Positions 8,207 to 17,597 of a DNA stretch of 64,000 bases are shown piece after piece. Source of the stretch: a virus. Numbering within the stretch: the stretch's first letter is position 1; every line of letters begins with the position of its first letter. Made by a program: the position numbers and the translations under genes. The notes under the pieces were generated by a model. It saw nothing but the letters and a program-made list of their open reading frames with translations. It had not been told where the DNA came from and made no database searches. The stretch lies in the IMG/VR virus record IMGVR_UViG_3300025728_000371, positions 3,560 to 67,559 of that record. One strand, written 5' to 3'.

Positions 8207-10896
8207 GTGAGCAGGCCAACGGAATGCCCACCTCGGAGTGGGCGCGGCACTACATCGAAACCTTCGGCCTGGCCCTGGTGCCGATCGCACCAGGCGAGAA
8301 AGGCCCGAAGGGGAGTGGTTGGAACAAGCCTGGTGGCTACATCACTGATGCTGGCAAGGCTGCTGCGTTCTGGGAGAAGAAACCGAATCACAACCTGGGC
8401 GTAGTGCTCGGGCCCAGTCGCGTCTGCTCGCTTGACGTCGACGACGTGCAGTGGACGCGGAGCGTTCTGTGGGACCTGCTCGGGATCGACCTCGATGCGA
8501 TGGCGCTGGTCTACCCGACCGTCGTCGGCAACCCGGCGCGCTTTCGCATCATGTTTCGTGTGCCTGAGGGGCTGGAACTGAACCGGGTTTCTCTGGCGTG
8601 GCCCAACGAGAACGACCCTGACGGTTCTATCCACAGGGCGCTGGCGGCGAAAGCCAGAGCGGCAAAGGAGGCCGGTGACACCGACGGCGAGGCCGCCGCC
8701 AAGTCCGAGGCGGAGCAGTACAAGCGCCTCACGGTTTTCGAGCTGCGGGGTGGTCCAGTGCAGGACGTTCTGCCGCCGTCGATTCACCCGGGCACGGGGA
8801 AACCCTACACCTGGCGCACGCCGATGAACGCGGAGGGCTTGCCAGAGCTGCCCCGTGACCTGCTCCAGGTCTGGAACAACTGGGATATCTTCAAGCGGGA
8901 CGGCGAACTCTACTGTCCATGGCAGCCGAAGGCCGCGAAACCGGTGGGCAAGCCGATCAAGCGGGCGGCGCCGAAAGGTGACGGCCCGTCGGTGATCGAC
9001 GAATTCAACCGCTGTCACGATGTCGAGGGGCTGTTGGCGGCGCACGATTACATCAGGCGTGGCAGCAAGTGGCTCTACCCACACAGCAGCACCGGAATGC
9101 CTGGTGTCACAGTGACCGAGGGCAAGGTCTATTCGCACCACGGCGCTGACCCTCTGGCGAACGGCCACATGAACGACGCGTTCGAGGTGTTCTGTCTGCT
9201 TGAGCACGGCGGCGATCAGTCGAAAGCGGTCAGGGCTGCCGCCAAGTTGCTCGGCATCCAGCATTCGTCACGGCCAGATCCACGTGATCTTCCCCCGTCC
9301 CCATCTGACCTGTCGAGCTGGCCGGGCCCCGCCGATGGAGAGCCGGCCAGCGAGGCCGCTCCGGCTCCTGACGGGGGCGCGGGGGAGGTGTTGGACCTAG
9401 CGCAAGTTCTGCGGCGGTATGCGCTCGTCGAAGGTACGACCCAGGTGTGGGACGTCGATCAGGCCAAGGCCATGAAGAAGTCGGCATTCGAGGCTAGGGT
9501 CGGAAAGCCCTTGGCGAAAGAGTGGATGAACGACACGGCAAAGCGTCTGATCGGCGAAGACCACGTGCGCGACATTGAGCACGCCAGGAAGCTGGCCGGC
9601 AAGAAGGACGGTGCCTTCGGCATGCTGTCGACCGATCGCTACGTGTACATCGATGGCACGAAGGATGTGTGGGATCGTGAGAAGAAGCGCCGGATCCCGG
9701 AAGGTGCTGTGAAAATGGCACTGGGCGACACGTATGCGCTTTGGCTGAACAGCCCGGAACGCCGTACTGTCGATGTCGACCACATCGTCTTCGACCCGAC
9801 GATGACCAAGGACCCGGACGTCTATATCAACACCTTCGACGGGCTGCCGCTGGTGCCTGTTCGCGATGATGCCGCGTGCGCGAATCTGCGGTGGTTGATC
9901 TCGTTCCTGTGCAACCACGACGAGGCGGCGGCCACATGGCTGACGCGGTGGCTTGCGTACCCGCTGCAGCACCTGGGCGCGAAGATGGACACCGCGGTGC
10001 TGATGCACTCGATCATGGAGGGCTCCGGTAAGAGCCTGCTGTTCGCCGATGCCCTCGGCATGTTGTACGGCCAGTACGCGGCCACGGTCGGGCAGACGCA
10101 ACTGGAGAGCAACTTCAATGCCTGGCAAAGCCGCAAGTTGTGGGCGGTGTTCGAAGAGGTTGTGAGCCGAGACCAGCGGTACAACCAAGTTGGCAAGATC
10201 AAGCACCTGGTCACCGGTAAAACGGTGCGCATGGAATCGAAGTTCATCAACGGCTGGGAAGAAGCCAACCACATGAACGCTGTGTTCCTGTCGAACGAGA
10301 TTCTGCCCTGGCCGATCAGCGAGAGTGATCGGCGGATGCTGGTCATGTGGCCCCAGGAGACGCTGTCCTTGGATCGGCAGAAGGCGATCGGTCGGGAGCT
10401 GGAGCAAGGTGGGGTCGCTGCGCTTTACGCCTGGTTGTTGTCCGTGAACCTCGGTGACTTCGACCAGCGCACGCGGCCGCCCTCGACTGATGCTCGCGAG
10501 CGCCTGGTCGCCCTCAGTCGGGCCGGCTGGCAGACGTTCCTCAATTTGTGGAAGTACGGCGAGCTGGGGCACGGCCTGTGGGGCCCTTGTCTGTCCACTG
10601 ACCTCTATTCACTGTTCCTTGAGTGGTGTCAGCGCAACAAGGAGCACTCGATGAGCCAGACCAAGTTTTCCCTGTTCATCAGTTCGGAGGTGGAGAAGAC
10701 CCGAGCGATACCCTGGACCGAAGGGAACACACGGCGGTTTGGAGCGTTCTTCTTTCCGCCCCTGGACTCGACTTCCCCGGCCCCATCGCTGAAGGCTGCC
10801 GAGCTGGGCAAGCAGGTGGATGAGTGGCGCGCGCGCGCCAGGTTGGGTGGCTGGAACGTCGACAACTGGGACCATGTGAAGGCGGCAGCAGCATGA
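8203..10896 (+). CDS. Bifunctional primase-polymerase fused to an SF3/D5-like helicase
   Basis: Prim-Pol motifs (NLGV, LDVD, LPPSIHP.TG.PY.W); Walker A GSGKS, Walker B VFEE. Confidence 0.88.
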   Translation: MSEQANGMPTSEWARHYIETFGLALVPIAPGEKGPKGSGWNKPGGYITDAGKAAAFWEKKPNHNLGVVLGPSRVCSLDVDDVQWTRSVLWDLLGIDLDAMALVYPTVVGNPARFRIMFRVPEGLELNRVSLAWPNENDPDGSIHRALAAKARAAKEAGDTDGEAAAKSEAEQYKRLTVFELRGGPVQDVLPPSIHPGTGKPYTWRTPMNAEGLPELPRDLLQVWNNWDIFKRDGELYCPWQPKAAKPVGKPIKRAAPKGDGPSVIDEFNRCHDVEGLLAAHDYIRRGSKWLYPHSSTGMPGVTVTEGKVYSHHGADPLANGHMNDAFEVFCLLEHGGDQSKAVRAAAKLLGIQHSSRPDPRDLPPSPSDLSSWPGPADGEPASEAAPAPDGGAGEVLDLAQVLRRYALVEGTTQVWDVDQAKAMKKSAFEARVGKPLAKEWMNDTAKRLIGEDHVRDIEHARKLAGKKDGAFGMLSTDRYVYIDGTKDVWDREKKRRIPEGAVKMALGDTYALWLNSPERRTVDVDHIVFDPTMTKDPDVYINTFDGLPLVPVRDDAACANLRWLISFLCNHDEAAATWLTRWLAYPLQHLGAKMDTAVLMHSIMEGSGKSLLFADALGMLYGQYAATVGQTQLESNFNAWQSRKLWAVFEEVVSRDQRYNQVGKIKHLVTGKTVRMESKFINGWEEANHMNAVFLSNEILPWPISESDRRMLVMWPQETLSLDRQKAIGRELEQGGVAALYAWLLSVNLGDFDQRTRPPSTDARERLVALSRAGWQTFLNLWKYGELGHGLWGPCLSTDLYSLFLEWCQRNKEHSMSQTKFSLFISSEVEKTRAIPWTEGNTRRFGAFFFPPLDSTSPAPSLKAAELGKQVDEWRARARLGGWNVDNWDHVKAAAA

Positions 10897-10907
10897 GTGC
10901 GCCCAAT

Positions 10908-11215
10908 AGTGTGTTGGGTGTGTCGGGTGTGTGTTGGGTTGATTTTTCTGACCCTACACAGGTGGAGGCCTTCTATTTCGCTGGTTCTGGGCGTGTGTGT
11001 TGGGTGTGTTGGGTTTTTACGCGCGCACGCGCGTGCGCGACGTCAATTCCATCTGTTTTCAAGTCGGAATTGATGGACGTGTTTTTTCTTCATGCGAGAG
11101 CAAATAAACCCAACAAACCCAACACACCTAACACAGTCTTGTTGAATTCATTGATTTTTAAAGGTTTTGTCTGTGTTGGGTTTGTGTCGGGTTCGGTGTT
11201 TTCTGTGTTGGGTTC
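10908..11215. repeat. Direct and inverted TGTTGGGT iterons; probable replication origin
   Basis: Multiple TGTGTTGGGT copies and inverted ACCCAACA copies around an AT-rich tract just after the primase-helicase. Confidence 0.7.
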
Positions 11216-11236
11216 GGATTTGATGGGGGTGGCGCG

Positions 11237-11710
11237 ATGATCGACGAGGTTGAAGCGTTGTTGAGGCACTGGGGCCAGCAAGGCCAGGGCTGCGGTTCGA
11301 GCGGAGCGCTGGGCAGTCCGTTGGCATCGCTCATCGAGTGGAGCGGCACAGCTCCCCGTAGTACGCCAGGTCCGCGATTCCCTGTTGGTGGTGGGCCTGA
11401 TGCGGTTTCGCAGGAGGTTGAGGCTGCGTTGTGCGAAATCGATCGGCAGGATGAACGCGGAAAGCTGCTGGTGCGGCTGGCGCTGGTGCGCTACGCGAGT
11501 TCTGACGTCACCTGGCGAATGCAGATGCACTTGATTGACCTGAAGTCGCAGGCCCGTCAGACCTACTACGACCTGGTGCATGCCCTGCATCTGCGGGTGT
11601 TGCAGGTGCTGACCAAGCGTGCCGAGGGGCGTGGACAGCTAACCGTTCGTCGGGCTGGGCAGACTCAAAGTATCCTCAAAGTTGCGTCAAAGTCGCGTCG
11701 AGCTGGATAA
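11237..11710 (+). CDS. Putative late-gene regulator (Q position)
   Basis: E.LL.HWG N-terminus and C-terminal HTH-like region directly before the late operon. Confidence 0.55.
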   Translation: MIDEVEALLRHWGQQGQGCGSSGALGSPLASLIEWSGTAPRSTPGPRFPVGGGPDAVSQEVEAALCEIDRQDERGKLLVRLALVRYASSDVTWRMQMHLIDLKSQARQTYYDLVHALHLRVLQVLTKRAEGRGQLTVRRAGQTQSILKVASKSRRAG

Positions 11711-11840
11711 CCGAAAATGCCCTCTTTTCGGTTCCGTACTCAGGGGGTAAAAAGTCACCACGATATGCAATTTGCGCCTTGGCGCTCCCATCGCACGTGC
11801 TGTGCAGCTTCACCCGGGATTCCCTAACCCGGTCACCTGA

Positions 11841-11861
11841 CCCCGCTTCGGCGGGGTTTTT
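11841..11861 (+). terminator. Late-leader terminator
   Basis: ccccgc-ttcg-gcgggg followed by T tract. Confidence 0.8.
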
Positions 11862-11902
11862 CATTTCGGCGGTCCGCGTCGTTCAATTTCTTGAGGCACA
11901 AC

Positions 11903-12247
11903 ATGACTAACGAGCAGCAGGCGCTGTTGGAGATGCCAATTTGGATGGTTATCGTCCTGTCCCTGGTTGGCGGCGTATCCGGTGAGATGTGGCGGGCCGA
12001 CAAGGACGGCATGCGGGGCTGGTCGCTGGTGCGGCGCCTTGCGCTTCGGTCTGGTGCGTGTGTCGTCTGCGGGCTGTCGACGATGATGCTGCTGTATGCA
12101 GCTGGTGTGTCGATCTGGACGGCTGGTGGCATTGGTTGTTTGACCGCGATGGCTGGCGCCGATGTTGCCATTGGCCTGTACGAGCGGTGGGCTGCGAAGC
12201 GCCTCGGCGTCTGCGAGGTACCAGGTAATGGTGAATCAGGCCAGTGA
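11903..12247 (+). CDS. Holin
   Basis: TM segments; near-identical to the tailocin holin at 35998. Confidence 0.88.
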   Translation: MTNEQQALLEMPIWMVIVLSLVGGVSGEMWRADKDGMRGWSLVRRLALRSGACVVCGLSTMMLLYAAGVSIWTAGGIGCLTAMAGADVAIGLYERWAAKRLGVCEVPGNGESGQ

Positions 12248-12596
12248 CCGGCGTGGTAGCAGTACCCAGCGTGGGTATGGCTACCGATGGCAACAGTCCC
12301 GTGATGCTCACTTGCGGGCGAACCCGTTCTGTTCCGAATGCTCGACCCCGGATCGGCCGGTGGCTGCCACTGTGGTGGACCACAAGGTGGCCCCGAAGCT
12401 GGGCCCGGCGAAAGCCGGTGGTGATCCCGCTGTCATCAAGCAGGCCTGGAAGTTGTTCTGGGATCCAGAGAACTGGACCAGCCTCTGCAAGTTCTGTCAC
12501 GACTCGACGAAACAGCGGGAGGAAAAGAGTGGTCGCCGGCCGGGTTGTCGGGCTGATGGCGTGCCGCTGGACCCGAGGCATCACTGGAACCGCTGA
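12228..12596 (+). CDS. HNH endonuclease (packaging associated)
   Basis: RGYGYRW, CSEC, VDH, NW.SLCKFCH. Confidence 0.88.
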   Translation: MVNQASDRRGSSTQRGYGYRWQQSRDAHLRANPFCSECSTPDRPVAATVVDHKVAPKLGPAKAGGDPAVIKQAWKLFWDPENWTSLCKFCHDSTKQREEKSGRRPGCRADGVPLDPRHHWNR

Positions 12597-12815
12597 TTGG
12601 TGGCGGGTTGATCAAGTGAGATAAATTCTCATTTGGTTCTCGGTGGACGGCTTTAAACGAGATTATTTCTCATTTGTGAAAGGGGAGGGGGGGTAAAAAA
12701 CCTTTTTCCCGACTTCTTCTAGACCGGTCGCCCCCCTCGCTTCGCAACGCCGTGAAAAATGGGTAGGGGGGGGATCGACCGGGGTGGTTTCTGGGATTGA
12801 TTAAGGAGTTGCTCC
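12597..12815. other. Probable cos/packaging region
   Basis: Non-coding gap between HNH and terS with G-runs, as in HK97-type cos phages. Confidence 0.5.
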
Positions 12816-13343
12816 ATGGCTGGAAATTCGAACTCAGGACGGCCGGGGCAACCGGCTGTTCTCAAACTGTTGAAGGGCAATCCTGGCAAACAGAGTTTCG
12901 GCGAGTTGATGGATGACGTGGCAAGCCCTGGTGTGCCGGTGGCAGCTCCGCCGATGCCGACTTGCCTCAGTGACGAAGCGGTCGCCGAGTGGGAGCGAGT
13001 GGTCCCGGATCTGCTGCTGCTCGGACTGATCAGCACGCTCGACGGGATGGCACTCGCCACCTACTGCGAAGCTGTCGCTGACTGGCAGCGCTTCCGCCGC
13101 CGCATCGCTGAAATGAATGCCATGGCGGATAGCAAGGATGCCGGTGATGTCCAGACCTTTGCCACCGGCGCCAAGCAAATTTCGGTCTGGCGGCAACTGG
13201 CAAACGACGCTGAAAAACGCGCGAACAGCGCTGGCGCGCAGTTCGGTTTCTCTCCAATGGCCCGCCGCAACCTGAAAACGACGGCCCCGCAAGGAGAGCT
13301 TTTCCCGAATGAGCAACGAGACGCCGCCGCCCGATACTTCTGA
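12816..13343 (+). CDS. terS: Terminase small subunit (P27 family)
   Basis: GRP.....L.GNPGK, P..LS.EA..EW, FGFSP.AR. Confidence 0.9.
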   Translation: MAGNSNSGRPGQPAVLKLLKGNPGKQSFGELMDDVASPGVPVAAPPMPTCLSDEAVAEWERVVPDLLLLGLISTLDGMALATYCEAVADWQRFRRRIAEMNAMADSKDAGDVQTFATGAKQISVWRQLANDAEKRANSAGAQFGFSPMARRNLKTTAPQGELFPNEQRDAAARYF

Positions 13344-15141
13344 TCGGGTTCGTGCCTTTGCCGACGAGGTGTTGGCTGGGCGCATCATCGCTGGGCCTGA
13401 TGTTCGCAACGCTTGCAAGCGACATCTGCGGGATTTGGAGCACGGCCCAGCCCGTGGGTTGATCTGGGATCAGGAGCGAGCCGACCGGGCAATCGGCTTC
13501 TTCGAAGACGTACTCTGTTTGAATGGCGGTGAGTATGAAGGGATGCCCTTCCTGCTGGCCCCTTGGCAAGCCTTCGTTGTTGGAAGTCTATTTGGCTGGA
13601 TGACCGACGACGGTTTCCGGCGCTTCCGCTTAGCGTACATTGAAACCGGCAAAGGCTCTGGAAAAAGCCCCTTGGTCGCCGGGATCGGGCTGTATGGGCT
13701 GACTTCCGACGGTGAAAATCGCGCCGAGATCTACGCGGCTGCCACCAAGCGCGACCAGGCCATGGTTCTGTTTCGTGACGCTGTTTCGATGGTCGAAATG
13801 TCGAAGCATCTGCGCACTCGGATTCAGCCGTCAGGGCGGGACGAAAAGGTTTGGAACCTGTACTACCCGAAGACTCGTTCGTTCTTCCGCCCAATCAGCG
13901 CGGACGAAGGGCAGTCCGGCCCCCGTCCTCATATCGGCTTGTTGGACGAATTGCACGAACACAAATCTGCTACGACCGTGAACATGATGCGGGCGGGTAC
14001 GAAGAACCGCCGCAAAGCACTGGTGGTGATGATCACAAACAGCGGCTCGGACAAGAAGACCGTTTGTGGCCAGTACCACGATTACGGCGTAGACGTGTGT
14101 AAGGGTAAAGAGGAAGACGACAGCTTCTTCGCTTTCATCTGTTCGCTCGATGAGGGTGAGGACCCGTTTAAAGACGAATCCTGCTGGCCGAAGGTCAACC
14201 CCTCGCTGGACTACATCGCTGAAGGCCAGACCGACGGGATTCCAGGCCGCAATTATCTACGCGCCCAGGTGCGGTCGGCTCGCGGCTTGCCCGCGCAGGC
14301 AGCAGTCGTGAGGCGGCTCAACTTCTGCGAGTGGACGCAAGCAGAATCACCATGGCTCTCCTACGAAGTGTGGAAGCAGGCCGCTGAGCGCGTGCCGATG
14401 CGGGTGCTGCGTAACCGTCCCTGTGTGGGCGGGCTCGACTTGTCCAGTACCACCGACCTAACAGCTTTCATCCTGCTGTTCTGGCCAACGCTGGAAGATC
14501 CGCACTGGCGGCTTCTCTCGTACTTCTGGATACCTGATCACGATATCGAGGCGCGCGAAAAGCTGGACAAGGTGCCGTACGCGCTTTGGATCAAACAAGG
14601 GCATCTGGAAACAACACCTGGTCGTGCAATCAGCAAACTGTTCGTGCTCCGGCGTTTGCGAAAGATCTGCGATTACTTCGACGTAAGCCGGATCGCATAT
14701 GACCGCTGGCGAATTGAAGACCTGGTGCAGCTCATGAGCGAGCACGACATAGTTCTGCCAGAAATGGTCGGCTTCGGTCAGGGCTACAACTCCATGGGCC
14801 CCGCTGTTGATGAGTTCGAACGCCGTCTGCTAGGCCTGCCCGAGAAGACGACAGAGGATCAGTCCGTCATCGATTTAGGGCCGGATGACTTTGAAGTCAT
14901 CAGCGAGGAGGTCGATCAGGAGATGGTCGAAACCCTGCGCCACGATGAAAACCCGGTCCTGACTTGGAACGCCGGTAACGCTGTCATCACGGCAGACCCT
15001 GCCAACAATCGAAAGGTCGACAAGGCCAAGGCGACGGGGCGGGTCGACGGCATCGTAGCCGCAATCATGGCCACCGGCATCAGCAGTAAGGTTTCTGGTG
15101 ATGGTGGCAAATCCATTTATGACGAAGGTGTCGGCATATGA
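13309..15141 (+). CDS. terL: Terminase large subunit
   Basis: LAPWQ, GKGSGKS, LLDELHEH, GGLDLSSTTDLTA, RVDGIVA. Confidence 0.95.
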   Translation: MSNETPPPDTSDRVRAFADEVLAGRIIAGPDVRNACKRHLRDLEHGPARGLIWDQERADRAIGFFEDVLCLNGGEYEGMPFLLAPWQAFVVGSLFGWMTDDGFRRFRLAYIETGKGSGKSPLVAGIGLYGLTSDGENRAEIYAAATKRDQAMVLFRDAVSMVEMSKHLRTRIQPSGRDEKVWNLYYPKTRSFFRPISADEGQSGPRPHIGLLDELHEHKSATTVNMMRAGTKNRRKALVVMITNSGSDKKTVCGQYHDYGVDVCKGKEEDDSFFAFICSLDEGEDPFKDESCWPKVNPSLDYIAEGQTDGIPGRNYLRAQVRSARGLPAQAAVVRRLNFCEWTQAESPWLSYEVWKQAAERVPMRVLRNRPCVGGLDLSSTTDLTAFILLFWPTLEDPHWRLLSYFWIPDHDIEAREKLDKVPYALWIKQGHLETTPGRAISKLFVLRRLRKICDYFDVSRIAYDRWRIEDLVQLMSEHDIVLPEMVGFGQGYNSMGPAVDEFERRLLGLPEKTTEDQSVIDLGPDDFEVISEEVDQEMVETLRHDENPVLTWNAGNAVITADPANNRKVDKAKATGRVDGIVAAIMATGISSKVSGDGGKSIYDEGVGI

Positions 15142-15326
15142 ACCTGACGATATTGGCCTGGGTGGCCGGCCTGCTCGGCTTTGCTCTGCTGGTGGCCGGT
15201 GTGGCGCTGGTCCATGTGCCAGCGGCGATGATAGTCGGTGGTGTGTTGCTGCTGCTCTGGGCGCGGCTCGTTGATCGAGCTGCTGCGGCCCGAGCAGCGG
15301 CGCAAATCAAAGCGAAGGGGGGTTGA
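15138..15326 (+). CDS. Small membrane protein between terL and portal
   Basis: 62 aa, two TM segments, coupled. Confidence 0.7.
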   Translation: MNLTILAWVAGLLGFALLVAGVALVHVPAAMIVGGVLLLLWARLVDRAAAARAAAQIKAKGG

Positions 15327-15328
15327 GC

Positions 15329-16594
15329 ATGTTCTTTTCCAGTTTGCTCGGCTCTGGCGAAGGGAACCTGGTGGAGAGCGGTTTCTGGTCGCGGTTCATC
15401 GGTCGCGGCAGCAACTCGACGGGCGTCCGTGTCACACCCGACACGGCGCTGGCGCTGCCGATCCTGCAGAACTGCGTCAGTTTGCTGGCCGAGAGCGTTG
15501 CGCAGCTCCCGCTGGAGCTGTACCGGCGCGAGGCTGAAGGGCAGCGCGCTGCTGCTATCAGCCATCCGCTCTACGACGTCCTGCGGTACCAGCCGAACGG
15601 TTTTCAGACACCATTCGAGTTCCGGGAGTGCAGCCAGCTGGCTGCCGGCCTGCGGGGCAACAGCTACACCTTCATCGACCGGCGCGAGGACGGCAACGTC
15701 GCGGCCCTCTGGCCGTTGTGCAATGACAAGGTGCAGGTGCTCAAGGGCGCCGACATGCTGCCTTACTACCGTGTGGGTACCAGTGAGCCGTTGCCGATGC
15801 GGATGATTCATCACGTTCGCTGGCTTGGGACTCGACACTACGTTGGGTGCTCGCCGATCGAGCTGCACGCCGAATCGATCGGCCTGGCGCAGGCGGTGCG
15901 GCAGTACACCGGCACCAGCTTCAAGAATGGCGTCAGCGTGTCGGGCGTCATTGAGCGGCCCCGCGAGGCGCCGCCCATCAAGGATCAGGCCTCGGTCGAT
16001 AAGATCGTGGATCAGTGGGGGGCCAAGTTCTCCGGGGTGGACAACGCGAAGAAGGTCGTGCTGTTGCAGGAGGGCATGACCTTCAAGCCGGTATCGATGA
16101 ACAACGTCGACGCCGAGGTGGTTGGGATCATGAAATTGACTGCCACGGACGTGGCGCGGATCTACAAGATCCCGTTGCCGATGGTCAACGACCTGGAGAA
16201 GTCGAACTACAACACCCTGGAGCAACTGCTGATCCAGTTCGTGGTGTTTGCCCTGCTGCCGTGGGTCAAGCGGCACGAGCAGGCGATGATGCGCGACTTC
16301 CTGTTGCCGGGTGACCGTCGTGACTACTTCATCGAGTTCAACCTGTCCGGCCTGTTGCGCGGCGACCAGAAGTCCCGCTACGAGGCCTATGCCATTGGCC
16401 GGCAGTGGGGCTGGCTCAGTGTGAACGATATCCGGCGGCTCGAGAACATGCCGCCAGTGGCGGGCGGTGACATCTACCTGCAGCCGCTGAACATGGTCGA
16501 CGCAGGCAAGTCCGGCGCCGATCTCAACAACCCGAAGGTGCGCGCGCAGCTTGAAATGCAGCGTGCTGAAATCGACAGGATCCTGGCCCAATGA
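15329..16594 (+). CDS. Portal protein (HK97 family)
   Basis: PNGFQT.FEF, GNSY, LRGD..SR, GWLSVNDIR.LEN.PP..GGD. Confidence 0.95.
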   Translation: MFFSSLLGSGEGNLVESGFWSRFIGRGSNSTGVRVTPDTALALPILQNCVSLLAESVAQLPLELYRREAEGQRAAAISHPLYDVLRYQPNGFQTPFEFRECSQLAAGLRGNSYTFIDRREDGNVAALWPLCNDKVQVLKGADMLPYYRVGTSEPLPMRMIHHVRWLGTRHYVGCSPIELHAESIGLAQAVRQYTGTSFKNGVSVSGVIERPREAPPIKDQASVDKIVDQWGAKFSGVDNAKKVVLLQEGMTFKPVSMNNVDAEVVGIMKLTATDVARIYKIPLPMVNDLEKSNYNTLEQLLIQFVVFALLPWVKRHEQAMMRDFLLPGDRRDYFIEFNLSGLLRGDQKSRYEAYAIGRQWGWLSVNDIRRLENMPPVAGGDIYLQPLNMVDAGKSGADLNNPKVRAQLEMQRAEIDRILAQ

Positions 16595-17538
16595 AACATC
16601 ATCTGCGTGCATCAAGCCTGCTGTTCAACCAACCGCTGCTCATTGCCCCGGATATGCTGGAGCTGGGGGTGCGTTGGGCGAATCAGGCGATGAACCTCAA
16701 CATCATCAACCTCGGTCCGGCCACAGCGCCGAGCATGTGGAAGGATGACGAGGCCGAAGACCGGCTGGCTACCTATGAAGAAAACCGGAGGTCAGCCATC
16801 GCTCAGACCGGAATTCAGGTGGTGCCCGTGAGCGGTATCCTCGTCAGCCGCGGCGCACACATCAATGCCTGCGAGCAGATGACCAGCTTCGAGGGGCTGC
16901 GCGCGGTCCTGCGCCAGGCTGTCGCCGATCCGATGGTCGAACACATCGTGCTGGATATCGACTCGCCCGGTGGCTCGGCGGTCGGTGCGTTCGAGCTGGC
17001 GGCGGACATCCGTGAGATGACCCAGCAGAAGCCAATCACCGGCCTTGTGAACTTCATGGCCTACAGCGGCGGCTACCTGCTCGGTTCCGCCTGCAGTGAA
17101 TTGGTTGTCAGCCAAACCAGTGGCGTCGGTTCGATCGGCGTCATCGCCAGCCACATGGAGCGGTCCCTGGCCCTGGCGGCGGCCGGCGTGAAGGTCACGA
17201 CGGTTTTTGCCGGTGCGCACAAGAACGACCTGACACCGAATGAACCGCTGACGGACCAGTCGCTGCAGGTGCTGACTGACCTGGTGCAGGAAAGCTACCA
17301 GATGTTCGTCGGCGCTGTGTCCGATTACCGAGGCCTGCCGGTCCAGAAAGTGATCGACACCCAGGCCGCGCTCTACCGCGGCCAGGCTGGTATCAACGCC
17401 GGCCTGGCTGACCGCCTGCAGAACCCGCAACACGCTGTTGATGAGTTGTCCCGCGCCGTCGCAAACAGCCGCGCGGCGCGGCCGGCTGGACGCATTGCAG
17501 TCCGCGCCGCTGCCATGAACATGCAAACCCTGATCTGA
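16591..17538 (+). CDS. S49 (SppA-like) prohead protease
   Basis: LDIDSPGG, AYSGGY, VGSIGV, GLAD. Confidence 0.92.
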   Translation: MKHHLRASSLLFNQPLLIAPDMLELGVRWANQAMNLNIINLGPATAPSMWKDDEAEDRLATYEENRRSAIAQTGIQVVPVSGILVSRGAHINACEQMTSFEGLRAVLRQAVADPMVEHIVLDIDSPGGSAVGAFELAADIREMTQQKPITGLVNFMAYSGGYLLGSACSELVVSQTSGVGSIGVIASHMERSLALAAAGVKVTTVFAGAHKNDLTPNEPLTDQSLQVLTDLVQESYQMFVGAVSDYRGLPVQKVIDTQAALYRGQAGINAGLADRLQNPQHAVDELSRAVANSRAARPAGRIAVRAAAMNMQTLI

Positions 17539-17597
17539 CCGCGTTCGCGGCAGTCCTACAGCCCGCCCAGTGCGGGCTTTTTCATGCCCTGGAGGTA

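Noticed and set aside
10824-11240. 138-aa ORF after the primase-helicase
   Set aside because: Translation is dominated by the iteron repeats (CWV, NKPN); better explained as origin DNA
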